64,000 nucleotides of DNA, from assembly GCA_000431335.1 (NCBI GenBank), contig FR888021.1, positions 690 through 64,689 of the forward strand, read 5' to 3'. This DNA comes from Clostridium sp. CAG:343. Lineage in GTDB: Bacteria; Bacillota; Clostridia; TANB77; CAG-508. The notes beneath the pieces were generated by a model. The model saw only the letters and a program-made list of their open reading frames with translations, searched no databases and was not told the origin of the DNA. Position 1 is the first letter of the stretch. Each line of letters starts with the position of its first letter. Shown piece by piece: positions 9,476 through 17,053 of this stretch. A program made the position numbers and the translations under genes.

Positions 9476-9520
9476 GAAGTAAGTGAGAGGGTATAAAACT
9501 CTTTCACTTACTTTTAGTTT
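9476..9520 (+). terminator. Rho-independent terminator after the sigma-like gene
   Basis: Stem AAGTAAGTGAGAG / CTCT(TT)CACTTACTT followed by TTTTAGTTTT. Confidence 0.55.
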
Positions 9521-9550
9521 TAGACAAGTACATTGAAAAGTAAATAAGAC

Positions 9551-9841
9551 ATTCGTTAATAAAATCTAATATTAAAAGCTGGTAAAGATAGGATAGCAAC
9601 ACCTACTTCTAAATATGAGATGGCAACTCATAAGGCGATGACTAATATTAGAAATAATAAAACACTTGTATAGTCACAACTTGAGTGGTTTAAAAGTACC
9701 ATCGCACGTAATGAGTACAAGCTGTCTGAGACAGTAGGCTAGTAAGAAAAACTAGGATCCTGTGTGTATTTCGCCAATACAATTAACGAATATAGAGAAA
9801 AGATAGAATTTTATTAAAGGACTATCTGAAAAGATAGTCCT
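9551..9841 (+). ncRNA. Candidate structured non-coding RNA (family unknown)
   Basis: No ORF and relatively GC-rich for the locus. 10 bp closing helix ATTCGTTAAT (9551-9560) / ATTAACGAAT (9782-9791). Nested helices TCTAATATTA/TAATATTAGA, ATGAG/CTCAT, CTGTC/GACAG, CTAG/CTAG. Ends with a 10 bp GAAA-tetraloop hairpin (9818-9841). Strand assumed from flanking genes. Confidence 0.35.
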
Positions 9842-9876
9842 AACAAATATAAGTTTATAAATGAGGAGAAAAAATA

Positions 9877-10041
9877 ATGATTTTATTTATAATAATATTG
9901 CTACTATTACAAATACTTACATACTTAATAATTAGAGGTGGCACTATGAATAAAAGTCCAGAAGAAATAGAAAATGAAAAAGAAGAAGAAATGAAATGGT
10001 TAGAAAAACAACAAGAGAAGAAAAAAAATGCGTGGAGGTAA
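9877..10041 (+). CDS. Small ORF upstream of MazF (54 aa; internal start at 9946 gives a 31 aa acidic peptide)
   Basis: MILFIIILLLLQILTYLIIRGGT-MNKSPEEIENEKEEEMKWLEKQQEKKKNAWR. GAGGTG lies 5 nt before the internal ATG. The stop is 3 nt before the mazF ATG and its last codons carry the mazF RBS. Below the ORF-track length cut-off. Confidence 0.35.
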   Translation: MILFIIILLLLQILTYLIIRGGTMNKSPEEIENEKEEEMKWLEKQQEKKKNAWR

Positions 10042-10044
10042 CTT

Positions 10045-10401
10045 ATGGAGAAAACACAAATAACTAAAGGAGATATGTTTTATGCTGATTTAGGAACAAA
10101 TATTGGTAGTGAACAAAATGGAACAAGACCAGTAATAATAATTCAAAATGATATTGGAAACAAATATGCTCAAACTGCTATAATTGTTCCATTAACAAAA
10201 ATTATAGCTAATAAAGTAAAACAGCCTACACATTGTATAATATCTCCTACAGATAATTTAAAACATTACTCTGTAGCATTAACAGAACAAATTAGAGTTA
10301 TCGATAAAAGTCGTTTAAAAACTAAAATAGGACGATTAAATGATACTCAAATAAAAGATTTAGATAAAGCAATTATAACTGCTTTAAATTTGAAAGGGTG
10401 A
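10045..10401 (+). CDS. mazF: MazF/PemK-family type II toxin endoribonuclease
   Basis: 118 aa. ..GDMFYADLGTNIGSEQNGTRPVIIIQNDIGNKY..TAIIVPLT.. and ..LTEQIRVIDKSRL.. are typical PemK/MazF blocks. Confidence 0.85.
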   Translation: MEKTQITKGDMFYADLGTNIGSEQNGTRPVIIIQNDIGNKYAQTAIIVPLTKIIANKVKQPTHCIISPTDNLKHYSVALTEQIRVIDKSRLKTKIGRLNDTQIKDLDKAIITALNLKG

Positions 10402-10655
10402 TCAATGTTCATAATAAAAAGTTATATAAGAAAATAAATAATTGCCAATATACAACTAAACAAGCAATTACTTATTTTCTATTAGGGTACTACAAATCAA
10501 GAGTGAACAATATAGATGTGATAATTAAAAATATCATAAAACAACTAATAACGATTGAATCTAAAAATGTATTGGAAAATTACTATTGCCAATACCTTAA
10601 TATATATGGTAAAGAATTAAATTTGAAATTATATATATTTTTAATAATTATTTAA
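10398..10655 (+). CDS. Hypothetical protein overlapping the mazF stop
   Basis: 85 aa ORF with a GTG start overlapping the mazF TGA. The terminator comes only after this ORF. No family recognised. Confidence 0.3.
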   Translation: MINVHNKKLYKKINNCQYTTKQAITYFLLGYYKSRVNNIDVIIKNIIKQLITIESKNVLENYYCQYLNIYGKELNLKLYIFLIII

Positions 10656-10663
10656 AAATATTC

Positions 10664-10715
10664 ACACCTAAACAGGCTGAAGAATATACTAAAAGCCTTA
10701 AGTTTAGGTGTTTTT
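10664..10715 (+). terminator. Rho-independent terminator of the mazF transcription unit
   Basis: Stem ACACCTAAAC/GTTTAGGTGT with an inner AGGCT/AGCCT helix, then TTTTT. Confidence 0.6.
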
Positions 10716-10823
10716 AATTTGTCAAGTATGTGATTTAATTAAAATTTCAAAAATCACACATTTAACATATATATCAATAGTTGTTAAAATTTCATTAATA
10801 GAAATTTTAAGGAGTGATTTTAA

Positions 10824-11822
10824 ATGTATTTTTTAAAACATTATAAAGAAAATCCAGATTTTTTAAACAACTATTTGAAATATTATTCTATCATTGAATT
10901 ATCAGCAGAAACTTCTGTAGATGAAGCTTATTTTGATTTGAGAAGTTTCTTCAGATATCTAAAATTAAATAAATCTGATGAAAATATATATGATCAAGAG
11001 CTTATAAAAAATATTAAAATAGATGATATAACATTAGATGATATGAATAATGTAAAACATAGTACAATAGAGGATTTTATATTTTATTTAAGAAATACAC
11101 TTAATAATAGTCCAAAAACTAGAAACAGAAAATTATCTACTTTAAGAAAATTTTTTAAATATTTATTTAATAATAACCTTATACACCATAATCCAACACT
11201 TAATACAAGATATGCAACAATTGGTAAAAGAAATCCGAAATATTTAACATTAAATGAGAGCAAAAAAATGCTTTCACAAACAATTCAAAATGATTGTAAA
11301 TATAAAATTAGAAATTATACTATGACTTGCTTATTTCTTAACTGTGGAATGCGTTTAGCAGAATTAATACAAATAAATTTAACTGATATAAAATTAGATG
11401 AAATGACATTAAGGCTTAAAGGAAAAGGAAATAAAGAACGAATAATATATTTGAACGTAGCTACAAAAGAAGCCATCGAAAAATATTTGAATGTTAGAAC
11501 TAATCTTCCTAAAAGCAATCCTGATTACAATGCTTTATTTTTGAGTGAAAGAAACAAAAGAATATCTAAAAGAATGGTTCAAACAATAATTGGAACAGAA
11601 CTTAATACGCTTTTTGATAATAATAGTCAAGGTTATCATACACATACATTAAGACACACGAGTGCAACATTGTTATACAATGAAAATGATATAGATATAA
11701 GAATTATACAATCGATGCTTGGACATTCAAGTTTAGCATCAACTGAAATATATGCACATGTATCAAATAAAAAATTAAAAGAGTTTATGCAAAACTTTTC
11801 AATATTAGATATAAAAAAATAA
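10824..11822 (+). CDS. Tyrosine recombinase, XerC/XerD-like (islet copy 1)
   Basis: 332 aa. N-terminal SAM-like domain. Catalytic region ..NCGMRLAEL.., ..HTLRHTSATLL.., ..LGHSSLASTEIYAHV (R..HxxR..Y). Paralogous to the gene at 21099-22091. Confidence 0.9.
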   Translation: MYFLKHYKENPDFLNNYLKYYSIIELSAETSVDEAYFDLRSFFRYLKLNKSDENIYDQELIKNIKIDDITLDDMNNVKHSTIEDFIFYLRNTLNNSPKTRNRKLSTLRKFFKYLFNNNLIHHNPTLNTRYATIGKRNPKYLTLNESKKMLSQTIQNDCKYKIRNYTMTCLFLNCGMRLAELIQINLTDIKLDEMTLRLKGKGNKERIIYLNVATKEAIEKYLNVRTNLPKSNPDYNALFLSERNKRISKRMVQTIIGTELNTLFDNNSQGYHTHTLRHTSATLLYNENDIDIRIIQSMLGHSSLASTEIYAHVSNKKLKEFMQNFSILDIKK

Positions 11823-11836
11823 AAGGAGAATAAAAA

Positions 11837-12823
11837 ATGAATACTATTACTTATCCAGAATTTATTGAAGATTTTAAAAATTATGTAGCAGGAATAAAAA
11901 ATTTATCTGCATCTTATATAGATAGTATGCTATCTACTTTAAAAGGCTTTTTAGAATTTGTAAATGATCACATTTTTGATTGTAAGTACGAAAATATAAG
12001 AGAAATGACTTTAAATGACATTAGATTTTTAAATACAAGTGATATATATGGTTTTATATTTTATCTTGCTGAAAATCACAATTCTATTGGAACAAGAATT
12101 AAAAAGATAGAACATCTACGAACATTCTTTGATTTTTTATATAAAATAAAAACAGCTCTTTTTAAAGAACCTTTAAAAACAATAAAAAGAGAAAAAAACA
12201 CATATATAAAATTACCCAAATATTTATCATTATCAGAGTCAAAAAAAATTTTACAAGTTTATGCCAATAAAGATGATTTTAGGAGTTTAAGAAATAATGC
12301 AATGCTTCATTTGTTTTTATGTTGTGGTTTGAGACTTGAAGAACTTAATGAAATTAAAATATCAGATTTCGATTTCAATGAAAATAAGTTTATTATTTTA
12401 GGCAAAGGAAACAAAGAAAGAACTTGCTACCTTAATACAAATACAAAAGATGCTTTGCAAAAATATATAAATTACAGAATAAATAATCCATTAGACGATA
12501 AAAAAATAGATAATTTCTTATTTATTAGTCAATGGAATAAAAAAATATCAAGTAGACAAATTCGTAAAATCGTCAAAAAAACTTATGAAAAAGCAGAAAT
12601 AGATGAAACACAATATAGTGTTCATTCATTAAGACATAGTTTTGCAACAATATTATACAAATCTGGAGTTGATATTAGATTATTACAAATATTACTAGGG
12701 CATTCAAGAATTGAAACTACACAAATATATGCACACATGCATAGCGAATCTTTAATGAATGCAATGCAAGGACATCCTATGTCACATTTTAAAATTAAAG
12801 ATGCGTTAGCATTTAATTGTTAG
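11837..12823 (+). CDS. Tyrosine recombinase, XerC/XerD-like (islet copy 2)
   Basis: 328 aa. ..CCGLRLEEL.., ..HSLRHSFATIL.., ..LGHSRIETTQIYAHM. Starts 15 nt after copy 1. Confidence 0.9.
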   Translation: MNTITYPEFIEDFKNYVAGIKNLSASYIDSMLSTLKGFLEFVNDHIFDCKYENIREMTLNDIRFLNTSDIYGFIFYLAENHNSIGTRIKKIEHLRTFFDFLYKIKTALFKEPLKTIKREKNTYIKLPKYLSLSESKKILQVYANKDDFRSLRNNAMLHLFLCCGLRLEELNEIKISDFDFNENKFIILGKGNKERTCYLNTNTKDALQKYINYRINNPLDDKKIDNFLFISQWNKKISSRQIRKIVKKTYEKAEIDETQYSVHSLRHSFATILYKSGVDIRLLQILLGHSRIETTQIYAHMHSESLMNAMQGHPMSHFKIKDALAFNC

Positions 12824-12836
12824 GAGGGGAACTATA

Positions 12837-13163
12837 ATGGACATTAATTGCAAAAAGAAAATTCAATCTGTAAAATTAAATTTGCAAAATGGACAAGTTG
12901 AAATAATACTTCGAGCATTGGAACTATATAAATATAATTTGAATTATATGCTAGATACAGAACAATGTAGTGATACCGAAAGACAAGAAAAATTAGCAAT
13001 GGTACAATTTACTTTTGAACAAGTATTATCAATTCAAGCAGAACAGGTAAATGGAAAAAGTGTAGATACAGAAACAACAACATCGCAATTTTCAAAAGCA
13101 ATGCCAGAAAATAATTTATTAGAAGACATTATTCCGATTGATAAGAAATTTAAGGTGTGTTGA
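12837..13163 (+). CDS. Hypothetical protein co-transcribed with the recombinase pair
   Basis: 108 aa ORF. GGAGGGG lies upstream of the ATG, 14 nt after recombinase 2. No family recognised. Confidence 0.45.
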   Translation: MDINCKKKIQSVKLNLQNGQVEIILRALELYKYNLNYMLDTEQCSDTERQEKLAMVQFTFEQVLSIQAEQVNGKSVDTETTTSQFSKAMPENNLLEDIIPIDKKFKVC

Positions 13164-13469
13164 TTTTTCTGATTTGAATAAAAATGAGTAGAGTAGGGGG
13201 GAAAGCCATATTTTTAATGTTGTATATTTATATTTAATATAATTATTTTATATATAAAAAGAGCTTTAGAAAAATTTTGTGCAAAGTTTTTACAAAATAA
13301 AATTTACTTCAAATTTATAATAAAAAATTTTTAAAATCAAAAAATAAAACTAAAAAAATTATTGCATTTAAAATTTTAAAATTTATAAAATTATAAATTA
13401 AATATTTTAAATTTATAGAATTTTTTTAAAACGAACATTTGTTAATTACAAATTTTAATGTTTGGTTTT

Positions 13470-13960
13470 GAATTTATATATATTTAATTATTATAATTCA
13501 AACTTGCGAAAATCAATTTTAAGCCAATTACAATATTATATATAAATTATTCATCTAAATATTAAATTTGGATCTATTTAAATTGTTTATAAAAATTTTA
13601 ATTATATAATATGAAATTTTTATAATTATATGTAAATACTAAAATATCTATAAAATGTCCAGAATAATGGCTTACGAGAATCAATTTTAAGGCGTTTTAA
13701 TATTTAATTCATATAACTTGTTGGTTAGCATTTTGTCAAAATACTGATAATTCTAGTGTTTATGGATTTTTTATAGAAAAAATATATAATTATATGGATA
13801 TACTAAAAACATCAAAAATAGCTCAAAAAAGCGACGCACGAGAATCGATTTTAAGACGTTTTTATCTTTAAGGCTTATAGTTTGTTGTTGATAAAATATG
13901 GCAAATATAGAAAAATAGGCATTTTGGAGATTTTTTAAAAAATTTATATAAAATATAATA
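13470..13960. repeat. Tandem array of about 165 bp units with a conserved GC-containing core ACGAGAATCRATTTTAAGRCGTTTT
   Basis: Cores at about 13507-13523 (diverged), 13674-13698 and 13838-13862, spaced 168 and 164 bp. Units 2 and 3 also share TATAATTATATG..ATACTAAAA and downstream TTGTTG..GGA..TTTTTTA.AAAAAT blocks. Confidence 0.7.
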
Positions 13961-14048
13961 TTAAATAAAAAATATTGAATAATAAAATTAATTTTTAAAT
14001 AGAAAAATTATTTAGGTGTAAAATTATAAAGATAAATTATAAAAATGG

Positions 14049-14065
14049 TTTAAAATTGATTTTAG
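14049..14065. repeat. Inverted copy of the repeat core (TTTAAAATTGATTTTAG)
   Basis: The reverse complement AAATCAATTTTAA matches the core of the direct units 13/13 (12/13 against unit 3, which reads G at the R position). It lies about 190 bp right of unit 3. Confidence 0.5.
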
Positions 14066-14084
14066 AAACAAATATCTGGAACTA

Positions 14085-14264
14085 GACTAACATTATTACA
14101 AGTAATAAATAATAAAGTAATAATGTTAGTCAAACGATCGTTAATAAATAACGATAAAAGCCATATAGGCTATGAATGGCAATAGATTTGCAGGTAGGAC
14201 CCTGACAAGGGTTCTATTATTTTGTTCCTACTCCTTATTGCACAAAACTTTGATTTTGTGCAAT
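14085..14264. other. Cluster of five consecutive perfect or near-perfect hairpins in an ORF-free stretch
   Basis: 15 bp GACTAACATTATTAC/GTAATAATGTTAGTC (14085-14131). 7 bp ATCGTTA/TAACGAT (14137-14155). GCCAT/ATGGC (14160-14180). AGGACCCT-GACA-AGGGTTCT (14196-14215). 11 bp ATTGCACAAAA/TTTTGTGCAAT (14237-14264). Confidence 0.6.
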
Positions 14265-14435
14265 GTTCCATATTCCTTTTTTTGCACTTTTCCATATCTA
14301 CTTCTACCTCTCTTCTATTGTTTATTTATGTGTGCAATAAAAAAAGAGATATTGATTAAATTCAATACCTCGTAATTTTTTTATTATTTAATTTTTGTAA
14401 TGTTTGCTAAAGTAATTTGATTTACCTATTGTAAT

Positions 14436-14882
14436 TTATCTTTTGGAATATTTCTTTAAAAATTCTTCTAATTCTGTTTCGCTGTTAAAAATTGTTTCAA
14501 AGATATTATACAATGTATCAGTAGCATCATACTCACCTATTGCATAACATTTCTTTCCCAAGCCATAAGCGATACCTGCTTCAATGTGAGCTGCTTTTCC
14601 AGCTGGTAAAACTAATAACAAATTTTTAGAATTTTTTTCTCCTTCTAAATCATTATTAAATAAGCTCAAAACTATTTCACTCTTTAAATCCAGTGATTCA
14701 AATTCCTTTTGCTTTTCTTCTGAAGTTTGATTTTTATTTCCATATCCCCAATTATCTTCATTTTTTAAAAAGCAATAATAAGAAATTTTGTATTTATCAA
14801 ATAAATCACATATTTTTAATATATTTTCTTTATTTCTAGCTCTTCCTGCTATAAAAAATTCATATTTATTTTCCATAATCAT
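14436..14882 (-). CDS. Nucleoside 2-deoxyribosyltransferase-superfamily-like small protein
   Basis: 148 aa. N-terminal ..YEFFIAGRAR.. and C-terminal ..LLVLPAGKAAHIEAGIAYGLGKKCYAIG.. resemble the Rossmann-like NDT/YtoQ fold. Last gene of the polymerase operon. Confidence 0.4.
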   Translation of the reverse strand: MIMENKYEFFIAGRARNKENILKICDLFDKYKISYYCFLKNEDNWGYGNKNQTSEEKQKEFESLDLKSEIVLSLFNNDLEGEKNSKNLLLVLPAGKAAHIEAGIAYGLGKKCYAIGEYDATDTLYNIFETIFNSETELEEFLKKYSKR

Positions 14883-14888
14883 TCTCCC

Positions 14889-15431
14889 TCAAAAATTACT
14901 ATTTTTTATTGTCAGCCATTTTTTATTCCTACATATTCCTTCTTCACTATTTTCTTTAAATAAATATTCAATTATTTCATCTTTTGTAAATCCAATTATT
15001 TGTCTAATCTTTTCTTGATTTATATTTTTAAAAATATCACTATTAATATCAATAATTTCTTTAATATCAATTATTGCACCATTTTGCATTACCATTTGTT
15101 GTTTGTAAATATCAATTTTATTTATATTATCTAAAATGGTTTCATATCTTCCACCATCCTTTTTTTTATCTGGAATAAAATATGTTACTTCTAATTCAGG
15201 TTTATTTGAAATTAATTCCTGAATAACTTGTATTTTCATATCCAGTATAACTTTAAGTTCCTCATCTAATTCAATTCTTCTATCAGTTAGTCTTGCTGTT
15301 TCCTTAACTTGTCCTTCATATCCTGTAAGAGCTGAATAAGGTGCAAATTGTGCAGATCTTTGATATAAACTCATTTTTGGATGCTTTGATGCAGGTCTTT
15401 TTAAATTTATAATATCATCATATTTTCTCAT
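14889..15431 (-). CDS. YolD-like protein (Y-family polymerase accessory)
   Basis: 180 aa. ..RPASKHPKMSLYQRSAQFAPYSALTGYEG.. matches the YolD-like motif. Its ATG overlaps the polymerase stop. Confidence 0.6.
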   Translation of the reverse strand: MRKYDDIINLKRPASKHPKMSLYQRSAQFAPYSALTGYEGQVKETARLTDRRIELDEELKVILDMKIQVIQELISNKPELEVTYFIPDKKKDGGRYETILDNINKIDIYKQQMVMQNGAIIDIKEIIDINSDIFKNINQEKIRQIIGFTKDEIIEYLFKENSEEGICRNKKWLTIKNSNF

Positions 15432-16921
15432 TAACCTTTATGACCTCCTACTTGTTCATTTCTTTCTATTGTTGTTCCTCCATCTTCAAAATTCATTCCT
15501 TTAAGAATTGCATTTTTTCCATATTTTTTCTTTATATCTAGTATAGATCTTTGAAGATTTCGCTCTTTCTTTTCTTTCTCATTTTTTCTTTCTACTTCTG
15601 AATAATCAGTAAATAAATCAATTTGTTCAAATTTATTTTCTTTTTCAGCTTGTTCTTCACTAATTACATTATTTGCAGTTATATTAATTCTTCGCGCTAA
15701 TAAATGCTTATCAATTATTCTATCATATAATTTCATAACAGATTCACCAATAAGTTTATTTGATGAAGTTTTATGGTCTAAATTTATTGTACCGTGTGCA
15801 TGTTTTGGTACACTTCTTCCATATCTATCAATTGTTATTTCTCCATTATAATCTATATTCTTATTCGTAAGATTTTCTATATCATATCCAACATCTAATA
15901 CAATTTGATTTGTAACTACATGCTTATCTACTAAATCAAGTACCAATAGCTCTGTCATTTCTTTAATTATTAATTTTGTTTTTTCATAATTATATGGACA
16001 ATGTAGAACTTGACCTGAACTTATACTATTTGTGGTTGGTACATAGGATTTTATGCTTTCCATAGTGCATGGTTCTATTCCCCATGCATGATCAATTAAT
16101 AATTCTGCGTTTATTCCAAATAGTTTGAATAATTTATCTTCATTATAAATTGAACATCTAGCAACATCTCCCATTGTTTGCATTCCGTTTGCTTCAAGTT
16201 TTTTAGCATAACCTTTTCCAACTCTCCAAAAGTCTGTAAGTGGTTTATGATTCCATAATTGTTTTTTATACATTTCTTCGTCTAAACAGGCTATTCTAAC
16301 TCCGTATTTATTTGCTGTTGCATGTTTTGCTACTATATCCATTGCGATTTTTGCTAGATATAGATTTGTTCCGACTCCGCAAGTTGCTGTAATTCCAGTT
16401 TGTTTATATATATCATGTATAACTTTTGTGGCTAATTTACTTGCTTTCATTTGATATGTTTTTAAATAATGTGTTACATCAATAAAAACTTCGTCTATGG
16501 AATAAACGCATATATCATCCGGAGAAAAATATTTTAGATAAACATTATATATATTAGTGCTATACTTCATATATTTTTTCATTTGAGGCGGTGCTATAAT
16601 ATAATCTAATTCATATTCTGGATGTTTTTTTAGTTCGATGTCTTCATAAGATTTTCCATTTAGTATATGACCAGGTGCATTGTATTTTCTATTTGTATTT
16701 ATTTCTCTTACTTTTTGAACTACTTCAAATAGCCTTGCTCTTCCTGGTATTCCATATTGTTTTAGAGATGGACTTACAGCAAGACAAATTGTTTTCTCTG
16801 TTCTACTACTATCTGCTACTACTAGATTTGTTGTTAGAGGGTTTAATCCTCTTTCTTGACATTCTACTGAAGCATAAAAACTTTTTAAATCTATTGCTAC
16901 ATATATATTTTGTTCTTGCAT
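15431..16921 (-). CDS. Y-family (translesion) DNA polymerase, UmuC/UvrX-like
   Basis: 496 aa. ..YVAIDLKSFYASVECQERGL.. , ..YSIDEVFIDVT.. , ..GITATCGVGTNLYLAKIAMD.. are IMS-family catalytic motifs. Confidence 0.85.
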   Translation of the reverse strand: MQEQNIYVAIDLKSFYASVECQERGLNPLTTNLVVADSSRTEKTICLAVSPSLKQYGIPGRARLFEVVQKVREINTNRKYNAPGHILNGKSYEDIELKKHPEYELDYIIAPPQMKKYMKYSTNIYNVYLKYFSPDDICVYSIDEVFIDVTHYLKTYQMKASKLATKVIHDIYKQTGITATCGVGTNLYLAKIAMDIVAKHATANKYGVRIACLDEEMYKKQLWNHKPLTDFWRVGKGYAKKLEANGMQTMGDVARCSIYNEDKLFKLFGINAELLIDHAWGIEPCTMESIKSYVPTTNSISSGQVLHCPYNYEKTKLIIKEMTELLVLDLVDKHVVTNQIVLDVGYDIENLTNKNIDYNGEITIDRYGRSVPKHAHGTINLDHKTSSNKLIGESVMKLYDRIIDKHLLARRINITANNVISEEQAEKENKFEQIDLFTDYSEVERKNEKEKKERNLQRSILDIKKKYGKNAILKGMNFEDGGTTIERNEQVGGHKG

Positions 16922-16953
16922 ATTCCACCTCCTATTTACCTTATTTAATTTGC

Positions 16954-16991
16954 ATTATATCATTTATTTTCATACTTGTAAACAATTGTTT
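16954..16991 (-). promoter_or_regulatory. Promoter TTTACA-17-TATAAT with overlapping palindrome AAACAATTGTTT (LexA-box-like)
   Basis: On the minus strand, the -10 is at 16959-16954 and the -35 at 16982-16977. The palindrome at 16980-16991 overlaps the -35. Confidence 0.45.
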
Positions 16992-17053
16992 GACATTACT
17001 TTTGAAAATTTAAAAAGAGATGCTATTTTTTAATCATCTCTTGAAATTGTAAT

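Noticed and set aside
9551-9791. Retron msr/msd (terminal inverted repeats around a structured core)
   Set aside because: No reverse transcriptase ORF is adjacent or anywhere in the window.
10824-13163. Recombinase-in-trio (RIT) element
   Set aside because: Only two tyrosine recombinases are present. The third ORF is 108 aa and shows no integrase motifs.
13470-14070. Possible CRISPR array in the ORF-free region
   Set aside because: The repeats are about 165 bp apart, and the sequence between cores is itself conserved between units. One copy is inverted, and there are no cas genes in the window.
14172-14375. 67 aa ORF in the ORF track
   Set aside because: It lies across the hairpin cluster, has no RBS and has an odd Cys/Phe/Leu-rich composition. 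It is most likely non-coding.
16675-17013. 112 aa Leu-rich plus-strand ORF
   Set aside because: It is antisense to the 5' end of the Y-family polymerase gene and spans its promoter.
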